Positions 1 through 11,435 of a DNA stretch of 64,000 bases are shown piece by piece; position 1 is the first letter of the stretch; each line of letters opens with the position of its first letter. Made by a program: the position numbers and the translations under genes. Below the pieces are notes generated by a model. It had not been told where the DNA came from. It searched no databases and saw only the letters and a program-made list of their open reading frames with translations. This stretch comes from Octopus sinensis (Eukaryota), in assembly GCF_006345805.1 (NCBI RefSeq), contig NC_043001.1:29140001-29204000 (forward strand), read 5' to 3'.

Positions 1-20
1 TATATATATATGTATATATT

Positions 21-600
21 ATATAAAATCCGTTCTGTCTGTCTGTGTATCTTCTAGGATCTTCGGCATCCTCCAATCAATTGTGCTCAAATTTGATATG
101 TATATACCGACGGTATCAGGGCGGCGAGCTGGCAGACACGTTAGCACGCCGGGCGAAATGCGTAGCCGTATTTCGTCTGCCGTTACGTTCTGAGTTCAAA
201 TTCCGCTGAGGTCAACTTTGCCTTTCATCCCTTCAGGGTCGATAAATTAAGTACCAGTTACGCACTGGGGTCGATGTAATCGACTTAATACCTATGTCTG
301 TCTTTGTTTGTCCCCTCTATGTTTAGCCCCTTGTGGGTAGTAAAGAAATAGGTATCAGGGCATGTATAAGTCTTGAAACAATTAAAAAAATCGATTCCAG
401 GTGAGAATGCGATCAATAAAGCCGTGAAGACGTGCATTTGTATGCACAAGTACATCAGCTGTTGCAATTGATACAATGCACATGCGAGATAAATGCATGT
501 GTAGTTTGTGCAAAAAAAGCCGGCCGGCTTGAAATAATGCCACAAAATGCAGTATATTTAAGAGACCAAAAAAGTAAGATGCAAAAGAGATATTTTCTTC
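21..600 (+). mobile_element. Non-autonomous Helitron-like repeat (5' part), interrupted by a SINE
   Basis: Starts in a TA run with ATATAAAATCCGTTCTGTCTGTCTG, like the Helitron 5' ends at 51035 and 52174. Segment ~490-600 recurs inverted at ~17545-17655. No 3' hairpin/CTAG identified. Confidence 0.4.
123..350 (+). mobile_element. tRNA-derived SINE (GGCGAGCTGGCAG-head family)
   Basis: tRNA-like head with B-box-like GAGTTCAAATTCC. Flanked by an 11-bp direct repeat GGTATCAGGGC (112-122 and 351-361). Homologous to copies at 3935-4643, 9265 and 35008. Confidence 0.85.
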
Positions 601-934
601 AAACTTGGCATGAAGGAAGGAAAGACTATTCGGTTTTACTGTTTAAAGCATGTTTGTGTTCTCCCAGTCAACAACCTTATCATTACTGGTACTTTAAACT
701 CTTCGGTTGCATATTTGTGTGAATAAAATAGTTTTTCTTTGGAATAGAAAAAAGTCTATCTTTATTTCTTCTTTTGCTGGTGTCTCAAATTTAGGTTAAA
801 TCAGTGTTTCTCAAAGAGGAAGCCTATAGGACGGTCGGACAAGTTGTTTTGAGAAAATTTGGTTTAAATGTTTGACAACTCAGAGGAGGCGTTTTGCTCG
901 TACATATATATATATATACATACATATACATATT

Positions 935-1135
935 AATATGTGTGTGTCTTTGAATTTGTGTTTGTCCCCTCACTGTCACTTGAAAAATGATGCTGGTGTT
1001 TTTATGTCCATGAAACTTAGTGGTTTGACAAAAGCGACCGATAGAATAGGTACTTGGCAAGTCCAGGGGCAATTTTTTCCAAAAAAAGGCGGTGATCTAG
1101 CATGGCCACTGTCAAATGACTAAAACATGTAAAAA
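935..1135 (+). mobile_element. CORE-type SINE, 3' half
   Basis: Matches the 3' body and tail (…GCATGGCCACTGTCAAATGACTAAAAC) of the full copies at 12170 and 19016. Confidence 0.75.
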
Positions 1136-1388
1136 AGAATAAAAGAGAATACACACACACAGTGAAACAGACAAATGGATTAAAAAATTGCACAGAAGGA
1201 AGCAATTTGTAAAAATAACATACAAATGGTAGATGAGGGTGGTAGTGGGTCCGGTGGCAGTGGTTTAAGATGTGTGTTTTGGCATTGGCTGGTGTTGCTT
1301 GTACAAAATGAGTGAAATTGCAACTACTGCATATGCAAAGTCCCTTACGCTGAAAACACTAGCATATACATTTATAGATTTTATTTTA

Positions 1389-2103
1389 TTTACAGTTGCC
1401 AGCGCCGCCCTGACTAGCCTCCGTGCCGGTGGCACGTAAAAAGCACCATCCGATTGTGACCGTTGCCAGCCTCGTCTGGCCCCCGTGCCGGTGGCACGTA
1501 AAAAGCACCGTTCAATCGTGGCTGTTTGCCAGCCCCGTCTGGCACCTGTGCATGTGGCACATAAAAAGCACCCACTACACTCACGGAGTGGTTGGCGTTA
1601 GGAAGGGCATCCAGCCGTAGAAACACTGCCAGATCAGACTGGGCATATAGATTTGCTGTGAAAATCAAAAATCAAAATCAAAATCAAAATCAATGGAAAT
1701 TGTAGCTGTGATACCAGTGCCGGTGGCACATAAGAGAACCATCCGAACGTGGCTGTTGCCAGCGCTGCCCTGACTGGCCTCCGTGCTGGTGGCACGTAAA
1801 AAAAAGCACCATCTGATTGTGGCCGTTGCCAGCCTCGTCTGGCCTCCGTGCCGGTGGCACGTAAAAAGCACCATCCGATTGTGGCCGTTTGCCAGCCTCA
1901 TCTGGCACCTGTGCAGGTGGCACGTAAAAAGCACCCACTACACTCACGGAGTGGTTGGCATTAGGAAGGGCATCCAGCTGTAGAAACACTGCCAGATCAG
2001 ACTGGGCCTGGCGCAGCCTTCTGGCTTCCCAGACCCCAGTTGAACCGTCCAACCCATGCTACCATGGAAAATGGACGTTAAACGATGATGATGATGATGA
2101 TGA
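1389..2103 (+). mobile_element. RTE LINE 3'-end/non-autonomous derivative, two nested pieces with ~60-bp subrepeats
   Basis: Repeated GTGCCGGTGGCACGTAAAAAGCACC units, then GGCGTTAGGAAGGGCATCCAGC and the tail GGACGTTAAAC(GAT)n. The same sequence lies directly 3' of the RTE ORFs at 38474-38700 and 42425-42720. Confidence 0.85.
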
Positions 2104-3542
2104 TTGGCAGATTTATCATGGAGCTGTGAGGTATACATTCGAATTGAGGTGGACAGTGGGGGAAAAGAAATGTGTGACAGTAGTAGTGGTCATGGTTGTA
2201 TCAGTAGAATATTATGGCAATGTAATATTCAAAGAAAATGAAGAATGTGAATAGCTGGACAGTGAAGGGCTTTTCATTGTGGAGTTTAATAGGTCATCAA
2301 TTTTGCTAGTTTTGAGGAGTGGCTATACTGCTGGTCATACTTTTAGTTCAGTAGTATATCTTTCTAGAGAATTCCCTTGGGAATTTTATGACCAGCTTCA
2401 CCAGTAAACATGTTTTTTTCATTTATATTTGTCCTTTGGTCTTGTTTTGAGAAGGAACCTAACTTCAAGCAAGTTTTTACAGATCAATTTTTAGACACTA
2501 TTTTTTAAACCTAGCTAAGTATGTAGTGGGTACAAATTTTGATATTGCACCTCTGAAAAATTTTAGAGGTTGCAAGTGCACCACCTGTTCCTAGGCCCTT
2601 GCATCTAACTGCACCAGCACAAACTCCCTCACCAGGATATTACAATCTCTGGCCCACAAGCATACTGTTTCCTATTTCCCAATTGCATCACTGCTATAAA
2701 AGCCTCTGCTCCTCTGAAAATAGTTCATTGTATACCACCTATACTCAAACCTACCAAAAATATTAGTTTTTTTTTTTCCTCCTCTTGTCATTCCAACCGT
2801 GTCTTCTCCTCCCCCTCCTAGTACTTCAGTAAATTTTGAGAAGTACATTTGCACATGTTTCTCTAAGAAACCTCAGATTTTTTGCAGGGAATCAAGTACC
2901 TTGACCTCCTAATGTGCCGGAAACCCCTTATTTTTGTTCAGAAAAAAGTGGGGGTGGAGAATCGGAACCCTTCACTCATCCTGGAGGCATTGGAAATATT
3001 TCTAGCATAAAATACACACAATATAAATGTTAACATATTAATTCATATAGTACCAACTAGTAAATATTTACTTAATAAGGAACCATGTAATCCACACTCT
3101 TGAAAACATATTTCAGTGAAAATTTTGGAGGTTGGGATGGGTAAAATTTCCGAGGGTTCTACCACACCCCAGCACCCGTTTTCCAGGCAAAAAAAAAAAT
3201 GCGTTTTGTGACATATTTGGAGGTCATCGTAATTTATTCAATGAAAAAAAAAACATGCATTTTCCAATGATTCCAGGAAAGGGCGGGATGAAATTTCCGA
3301 GGTTCCACCCCACCCCTCCGTTTACTGGACCCAAAATAGTGTTTTGTGACCAATTAACATTAGAAATAAATAATATGATGACAGGAACAGGTATGGAGAC
3401 ATGGAGACCCCTGCAAATATCGTTTAGTAGATACTGTCAGAGAAGCATGGTAATAATGCACATCATTATCATCATCGTTTAACGTCCGTTTTCCGCGCTA
3501 GCACGGGTTGGACACATGTCTGAAAAAGTAAACGGCAATGAT

Positions 3543-3920
3543 GAGGCATGGCTGTGTAGTAGGAAGTTTGCCTCCCAACCATATAGTTCCGGGTTCATTC
3601 CCACTGCATAACATAGAAGGGGCCCAGCAGACAAAAGCCTTGTGAGTAGGAGAAAACTGAAAGAAGCCTGTCGTGTGTTTGTGCGTGCGTGTGTGTATGC
3701 GTGTGCATGCGGGCGTGTGTGTGTGTCTCACCACCACTTGACAACCAGCGTTGGTTTGTTTACGTCTCCATCCCTTAGTAGTTCGGGAAAAAGACTGATA
3801 GAATAAGTTCCAGGCTATAAAAAAAAAAAAAAGGAAGCGTACTGCAGTCAATTTATTCGACTAAAACCTTCAATGTGGTGCACCAGCATGACCGTAGTCC
3901 AGTGAATGAAACAAGTAAAC
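3543..3920 (+). mobile_element. CORE-type tRNA SINE
   Basis: tRNA-like head, internal (GT)n, family tail GGTGCACCAGCATGACCGTAGTCCAGTGAATGAAACAAGTAAA. Confidence 0.8.
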
Positions 3921-4658
3921 GGTATAAGATAAAAGGCAAGCTGGCAGAAACGTTAGCACGCCGGCAGAAATGCTTAGCGGTATTTCGTCTGCCGTTACAT
4001 TCTGAGTTCAAATTCCGCCGAGGTCGACTTTGCCTTTCATCCTTCGGGGTCGATAATTAAGTACCAGTTACGCACTGGAGTCGATGTAATCGACTTAATA
4101 CCTATGTCTGTCCTTGTTTGTCCCCTCTATGTTTAGCCCCTTGTGGGTAATAAAGAAATAGGTATAAGATAAAAGGCAAGCTGGCAGAAACGTTAGCACG
4201 CCGGCAGAAATGCTTAGCGGTATTTCGTCTGCCGTTACATTCTGAGTTCAAATTCCGCCGAGGTCGACTTTGCCTTTCATCCTTTCGGGGTCGATAAATT
4301 AAGTACCAGTTACGCACTGGAGTCGATGTAATCGACTTAATACCTATGTCTGTCCTTGTTTGTCCCCTCTATGTTTAGCCCCTTGTGGTAATAAAGAAAT
4401 AGGTATAAGATAAAAGGCAAGCTGGCAGAAACGTTAGCACGCCGGCAGAAATGCTTAGCGGTATTTCGTCTGCCGTTACATTCTGAGTTCAAATTCCGCC
4501 GAGGTCGACTTTGCCTTTCATCCTTTCGGGGTCGATAAATTAAGTACCAGTTACGCACTGGGGTCGATGTAATCGACTTAATACCTATGTCTGTCCTTGT
4601 TTGTCCCCTCTATGTTTAGCCCCTTGTGGGTAATAAAGAAATAGGTATAAGATAAAAG
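3921..4658 (+). repeat. Head-to-tail trimer of a tRNA-derived SINE (period 240-242 bp)
   Basis: Junction motif GGTATAAGATAAAAG at 3921, 4161, 4402 and 4644. The three units are nearly identical and differ mainly by 1-nt homopolymer indels. Confidence 0.95.
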
Positions 4659-4887
4659 ATAATACCTTATCTTTCTATTTGTTTCAGTCATTGGACTGTG
4701 GGCTCGAAGGGTTAACAAAATGAATGTGGCAACATCACACAATAGTTTTAATTAAGACTAAATCTATAAACAGGACAATGTTTAACTAAACAAAACAAAG
4801 GCAATGAGTTAAGAGCAAACGGAATGTTTTTATGAGTTGATAATCAAAAGTGGTAATAGTTTAGGTGGTGTTTTGGAGACAGTGTAG

Positions 4888-5490
4888 GGATCTTTTCGGT
4901 TTGAACGGCTGTTTTTTCTAGCGGTGTCATATGAAATTGTCACCCATAATTATGACCCTAGTATCGATCTATTGCATTTCAATCTGTTTTAGGGTTAGGG
5001 TTAGGGGTGGGGGGAAGGGTATCTTTTTTTCTTCACAAATGTAAATAAACCCAAAACTTATTAAAATCTTTCGGATCTTTTCGGTTTGAACGGCAGTTTT
5101 TAACATAATTTTTAGGTAACTAAAAAATTTAAAACTTCGTATACTGGTAGTATGTGTTTATAAAACATCTTTTTCTCTTGGCTTTATTGAGAAAATTCTA
5201 TAGTTTGTAAGATATTTGTTGTTTTTTTCCTTCAATTTCTGCAGTTTCAACCAATCAATGACATGTATTGAGGTAAAAAACATTCTGTGCCGTATGAATA
5301 TGTCCCTCGTTTAAAAAACAGATTGGGTTTATTTACATTTGTGAAGAAGAAAAGATACCCTTCCCTCCACCCCTAACCCTAACCCTAACACAGATTGAAA
5401 TGCAATAGATCGATACTAGGGTAATAATTATGGGTGACAATTTCATATGACATTGCTAGAAAAAAACTGCCATTCAAACCGAAAAGATCC
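4888..5490. mobile_element. MITE with ~165-bp terminal inverted repeats containing (TTAGGG)n
   Basis: Left arm GGATCTTTTCGGTTTGAACGGC… (4888-~5053) is the near-perfect reverse complement of the right arm …ATTCAAACCGAAAAGATCC (~5322-5490). An extra TIR start lies at ~5068. No clear TSD. Confidence 0.9.
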
Positions 5491-6976
5491 AAACAGCCTT
5501 GTGTTTCATTCATTGCTGTGAAGAAAGGTAGAGCACGACCTTAAAATCCATTCAGCACTTACGAAACATTTACATTAAATCATATCATTGGTAATTAAAT
5601 GATGGCAGAAGAATACGCTAAAGAAAGATTTTAATGAGTTTGAAGTGGACAAAAGATATATATATATATATCCGTATGGGATATATATATATAATGAAGA
5701 GACGAGAATCCTGAAATTTTTGCGCAGATCCACCTTTGAAAATATATTTTCAAGGAAATGACCTAACGAATCGAATACAATATAGCATATGAACATACTT
5801 TTTTTTTCTCTTCCTTTAAATTTTAGCCCTATTTATGCCAGCATTATTCTACCAATTCTGCGGACTTTCCTTTAGCAATTCACTCATATCAGATCTCCAA
5901 AAGAACATATGTACAATATACCTGCCATTTAAAAAGTTTTCAAAAATACCACCCAAGTTGTGTCCCTTAGTATTTCCTTATATAATTTAACAAAACTTTG
6001 CAAATGAATATTTTCAAAAATAAATATGCAGATTCATATCCATATAAAATTAGTCTCGCTGCATAATTAGGCCCATGAGATCCTTTTTGACAGCTTAGGA
6101 TGAGGAAGGAGCCAAGCAGTTCCTTTCTCTTTACGGGTTTTCAATATTCGCTTCCGTCTCCTACTCATGGTGCTAGAATACAGTAGTGAAATGTTATTGA
6201 AATGAAAATAAAATTATTCCAAACGCAATTCTGTTTCATAGTGGTACTAAATTCATCATTCGAAACGTAGTGTTCTTTTTATTAGATGCAGATGCTAGAC
6301 TTACAAGCGCTAGTTTTTAATCTTGTTAAAAAGTAAATACCTTGATCAAACCACATTTTGGGGAGGACCAGATGAAATACAGTTTAACAACAGTATCTAC
6401 TTTTATGGTGAGACTAAAAATGTATGTTCATTAAAAACACCCGCCAAGAAAAAATCTTTTGTAGCTGGTTTATCAATAAAGGGAGGTTACTTTGTTACAA
6501 TTCTTTGCGTGATAAGGTGTCAGTAAGATTCAAAACTACTTAGATACGTTCTATTGTTTAGACTTCACACTGTAGACCAGTTTTCTCAAGGTAGAGCCGA
6601 GCAATATTTTAGAAGGGTACAGTAATATTTAGGTGGGGATGCAGCGACATTTTGTTGGGGTGTTGGTACGTAGATAAGCAATCAATGAACAAAAGTTAAG
6701 AAGTTTGAAGTAAAATTTCTTTTGGCGATTCTTCAGTATTTTTATCCAGCGAGTCGATATGAAGAGGCGACGTCACTCTCCCCCTTTTTTTCAGTCCGGC
6801 TTCTTTATCTATGCCATGAGGGCTGGTTGTGTGGGTGAATGACGCTATGCATGAATACCGAAGGATTGCTTTTCTCTTGAATATACAGTATGTATGTATG
6901 TGTATATGTGTGTGTGTGTGTGCGGGTGGGTGGGTGGGTTTTGGGGTGGGTGGATTGATGGTTGTATGGATGGATC

Positions 6977-7087
6977 TTATTTAAAATAGTTTGATTCGGC
7001 CCTATGCAACTTAAAGATTCATAGGCTTCTTACAGAAATGTACGAAACTTTAAGTTGCATAGGGCCAAATCAAATTTTTTTAAATAA
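6977..7087. repeat. Short foldback/palindrome (40-bp arms)
   Basis: TTATTTAAAATAGTTTGATTCGGCCCTATGCAACTTAAAG (6977-7016) pairs with CTTTAAGTTGCATAGGGCCAAATCAAATTTTTTAAATAA (7048-7087). Confidence 0.8.
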
Positions 7088-7380
7088 TGATATATGCAAC
7101 TTCACACTAAATGTGTTGAGTATAGCTTTCTTTCGCTTCTCCACTCACTAAATATATATATATATATATATATAAAATACAAATAAGAAAATGGAGGAAC
7201 AGATTCATTTCAATCAAATTTGAGGTAAAATATTTTACCTTCGCCCATCTAATACAATAAATGAATTAATTGCATTGCAATTATAAGCATTTATGTATTT
7301 GCCATTTGGGTGCTTCACCAGCAGTATATTGGATAACTGATATCCCATAGTGGGTTACACTCATAACCCCTATCTCACTT

Positions 7381-7423
<43 letters not shown>

Positions 7424-7427
7424 TATA

Positions 7428-8396
7428 TGTAGCGGACTCTCTCTCTCTCTGTTATATATACATAAGTATGGACATAGTGGATAACAGCTAGCCTTCAACT
7501 GCTTGGACCCTGTTGTGTCCACTACTCTGATTGGTTGGTATTGGCACAATTTGTCTCTTGCTCTGTTATGCACCAATGTGCAACCCAACCAATCGCAGCC
7601 TTCTGATAAGGTCACATGAGACAGTCTCTTCCAAACAGCCAGTGAGCCGATAGCTTTCTATAAAATGCTAGTTTCAACACCGTTTCAAGGTCAGTCAGTT
7701 CCAGACCCTTTTAGGTCTAGCCGTTGACCACACAGGACACAGCCAGTTCCATCGACAACAGACCACAGCAGCCACATGGAGACGAATCAACACTTGACCA
7801 ATAGCATATGACAATCTCCTTCTCTATCGCCTCCGTCTTAATGTCGTCTACAACATCTCTCTACGTACACACAGGTTCTATTCCTCACTGTTTGTGAATT
7901 ACTTCACCATGGTTAACAGCAAACACAACTTGCGAGGACTCCTGTACCAAGTAACCCGACAGCAGCATTGGAGCCACAACTTTTTACACAACATGTACCG
8001 CACAGACACTGCTACTTCACCTCAACTTCTTGTTACAGCACTTCACTATCGTGTACTTCGACTACGAACAGGTATTTATATTCCTTGTGTCTGAACATTC
8101 TTCTAGCGTCCTATTATAGACTCTTTCTATGCTCTGTATTTAATGCACACACATACACATAATGTATACATGATGGCCTGTCTATTGTTATTATTATATA
8201 TGCACTTATGATGGACACACAGACACACACATTAACCTATCAATAAAATCTTCTCTTAACATTCTATCAGTTGTGTCTCTCTTTTCTTTCTGGCAATTAT
8301 ACTCATTTATCCCTTTTCGCATTTATTGTAATTGACCGTGCGATGTATTAAAGGAGCCATTCATTCATCACCTCTCCTTCGCACAGTTGTTCTACA
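7428..8396 (+). mobile_element. Solo LTR (969 bp) in a TA microsatellite
   Basis: TGTAG…CTACA inverted termini, TATA on both flanks (possible 4-bp TSD), TATAAA at ~7660, AATAAA at ~8242, no internal coding homology. Confidence 0.7.
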
Positions 8397-8727
8397 TATA
8401 TATATATGTACATAGGCGCAGTATGCATGTATCTATGTATTTGTGTCTGTGTTTGTCCCCATCACTGTTTCACAACCAGTGTTGGTATGTTTACATCCTC
8501 ATAACTTAGCACTTCAGCAAAAGAGACCAGCAAAATAAGAATTAGGATTCAAAAAATGAGTCCTAGGGTCAATTTGTTTGACTAAAACCCTTCAAGGCAG
8601 AGTCCCAGCATGGCCACAGTCAAATGGCTGAACAAGTAAAAGAACATATATATATATATAATGTCAGTCAATAATTCATATATCCACAAAGAAGCACACT
8701 CTAAAACATTATACCGGTAATACTCAG

Positions 8728-8927
8728 AAGGTTGTTTGCTTGGCTGGTTGGAGAGTGAACATTGGTTTCACACCTATAGAGCACTTAACTCTGTAGGTGA
8801 CTCCACAGAATCATTGGCTGAAGGTACACATAACCTCTCTACAACTGGAGGGAAGAATACATCACGGTTAGTTAACTTTGTAAACAAAAAATTCCAGAAT
8901 GAAATTCTACTGGCAATCAACGTGGAG
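8728..8927 (+). CDS. Candidate host-gene exon (unknown protein)
   Basis: Open frame (…GCLLGWLESEHWFHTY…NEILLAINVE) bounded by CAG at 8725-8727 and GAG|GTAAAG, ending in phase 0. Polypyrimidine tract is weak. Confidence 0.25.
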
Positions 8928-9264
8928 GTAAAGTTATTGTCCCTTAGATTGGTTCCAGTTGCATGTAACACAGGTCAGCGTATAGCCGATTGTGTTTCCC
9001 TAGTTGGCAAATGTAGGATTTCATGTTTTCAACTTGAATTTCCTGTAATGAGGGCATTGACTAAACATCTTTTTGGAGTTTAAGAGGGTCCCTGAATCAA
9101 GTAGGTTTTGTATCCTTGTACAAATGCTTCCCTTTCAAATTGTCGTGGTCATCTATCTGTAACTAGGTATAGCAAATGAGGAAAGCTTACAACTGTAAAC
9201 TACAAAAGTAGTGTATAACTGATGAGTATTTTGTTGACTGGTTATATTGCATACGAAGAAAGTG

Positions 9265-9470
9265 GCGAGCTGGCAGGAACATTAGCATACTGGGTGAAAT
9301 GCTTAACGGTATTTTGTCTGTCTTAACGTTCTGAGTTCAAGTTCTGCCGAGGTCAACTTCTATCCTCTCAGGGTCGATAAATTAAGTACCAGTTGCATAC
9401 AGGGGTCAATCTAATTGACTGGCCCCCTCCCCCCAAAATTTCAGGCCTTGTGCCTAAAGTAGAAAAGAAT
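9265..9470 (+). mobile_element. tRNA-derived SINE, same head as 123-350 but a different 3' tail
   Basis: Head GGCGAGCTGGCAGG; tail …GGCCCCCTCCCCCCAAAATTTCAGGCCTTGTGCCTAAAGTAGAAAAGAAT. A decayed second copy follows at ~9490-9660. Confidence 0.8.
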
Positions 9471-10070
9471 ATTGCATACAAAGATTGGTGAGTTTGCAGA
9501 ATCATTAGCATGTCAGACAAAATGGTTAGAAGTATCTCTTCTTTCAATTCTGAGTTCAAATCCTGTTGAAGTCAATGTTGCCTTTCATGCCTGTGAGGTT
9601 GATAAAATAAAGTACTGGTCAAGTATTGGGGTCGATCTAATTGATTTGCCCCTCTCCTCAAAATTGATGACTGCAATGAACTAGCATCCTTTTCCAGTGG
9701 CTAATGTTGTGATTTCGGTCACTTATATGCCACGGAAACTGAGTAACCAGCCTTAGGAGTCCTATGCTGAGAACAGTCCTCAGTTTAGAAGTGGACATCT
9801 GCCTAGCTTATTTATTTTTGATATACATGAAGTCAAAGTCTGTTTTAGTAATCTGAGGATGCAATATGATGTCTTTTCTCTTTTAACTATTACTTGTTTC
9901 TGTCATTGGATTGTGGTCATGCTGGGGCATTACCTTGATGGATTTAATAAAAAAAAAATCAAACCCAGGACTTATTTAAAGTTTAGTACTTATTCTAGTT
10001 GTCACTTTTGCCAAACAGCTAAACCATCCTGATGTAAACAAGCGCAAAGATACACACGTACATACATACA

Positions 10071-10102
<32 letters not shown>

Positions 10103-10393
10103 AAACCATATAGACTTGGAAAAAGATATATCTAGTGAATGTGAAATGTAAGAAGAAAATTAATGTGTAAATTATATATAATGATAGATATCACTTATAT
10201 GAACTAAAGGTGTGTTTCTGCCTATGTTTACATCAGTATGCACACTCTATAACCGTGTTTACAAGGGTATTTTTAGAAAAAAGAATAAAAAAATAGTTCA
10301 GAATTTTTGAAACAATCTTAATAGCATTAAGTTAATCACTATACATATCCATCATTTTCTTTAAAAAGTCTTATTGACGAGTTTCATTTCTTC

Positions 10394-10482
10394 ATTTCCC
10401 TGAAGAGAAGATTACATTGTTTTACACCATTTTATTCCTTTGGAATAATACCAGAGATATCTTCGAAACATGTGTTGGAAGT
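10394..10482 (+). ncRNA. Type I hammerhead ribozyme motif
   Basis: Helix I AUUUCC(10394-99)/GGAAGU(10477-82); core CUGAAGA 10400-06; helix II GAAGAU/AUCUUC (10407-12/10459-64); GAAA 10465-68; helix III ACAU/GUGU; GUU cleavage triplet 10474-76. Confidence 0.8.
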
Positions 10483-10717
10483 AAAAGAATTTGAATAACA
10501 CCTGTGTTTAACTCCATTTATTTATTTATATATATCATACAAAATATTTCATGTAAACCCGAAGTTTCTACCTTTAAAAACAAGGAGTTACAACCTTTTT
10601 ACTTGTGTCATTTTTTGCTACCCTAGTAAGTATTTATATATTTTTTCCGTGTTAATTGTTGACAAGGGAAAAATACATACATCTGTTTATACATACACAC
10701 ACATATATGCATATATT

Positions 10718-10789
<72 letters not shown>

Positions 10790-10808
10790 TGTAAATATAT
10801 GTATATAT

Positions 10809-10959
10809 AGGGAGAGTTTATGAAAAAAACAACAATAGACAAAGACAGCTGGTGTACAAAACAAACAGATGTATTAGTATAACGCTCAGGAATAGAAAAA
10901 AGTCTTTTACGTTTCGAGCCTACGCTCTTCTACAGAAAGGAACACAGAAAACAAGGAGA
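10809..10959 (-). mobile_element. ~150-bp non-autonomous element carrying a minimal hammerhead variant (10904-10939)
   Basis: Near-identical to 26473-26660 and inserted in a TA microsatellite. Minus strand reads CUUU-CUGUAGA-A-GAGC(GUAG)GCUC-GAAA-CGUA-AAAG. Confidence 0.7.
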
Positions 10960-11019
10960 TATGTATGTATATATATATGTATGTATGTATGTATGTATAT
11001 ATATCTTCATCATCATCAC

Positions 11020-11200
11020 CATCATCATCCTTTCCTTTAATGTCTATGATCCATGCTGGTATGAGTTGGATAGTTTAACAAGGATCCACTTATTCCAAGG
11101 AGTGCGTCCTGCTCCTGTGTCTGCTTTCGCATGGTTTCTACACCTGGATGCTCTTCCTAATGCCAACCAATTTACAGTGTGTACGAGGGTTTTTTTCTAC
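11020..11200 (-). mobile_element. Decayed RTE 3'-tail element
   Basis: (CAT)n followed by similarity to the tail family (CTGGATGCTCTTCCTAATGCCAACCA). Confidence 0.7.
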
Positions 11201-11396
11201 AAGCTTATGAACCTAAGGAGGGATGGGGTTGCTGCATTCTTATGTTAAAGGGGTGTTAATGTATGAGGAAGGGGTTGGAGTTGAGAGGTTCTTGTGGTAG
11301 AGAGGTTAAAAAGTATAAAAGAGGGTTAGAGAAAGGTGTTTTTCTGAAGAAGAGATATATGGATATCCCAGTTGAAAAAGAGAGGACAGAAAGAGA

Positions 11397-11435
<39 letters not shown>

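Noticed and set aside
285-545. ORFs overlapping SINEs (also 3875-4558 MRNWYLIYRP…)
   Set aside because: They are translations of SINE sequence repeated at several loci, not genes.
9220-9264. CTGATGA-GTAT…ATAC-GAAG hammerhead-like fragment
   Set aside because: GAAG replaces GAAA, and helices I and III are absent (SINE begins immediately after). At most a remnant.
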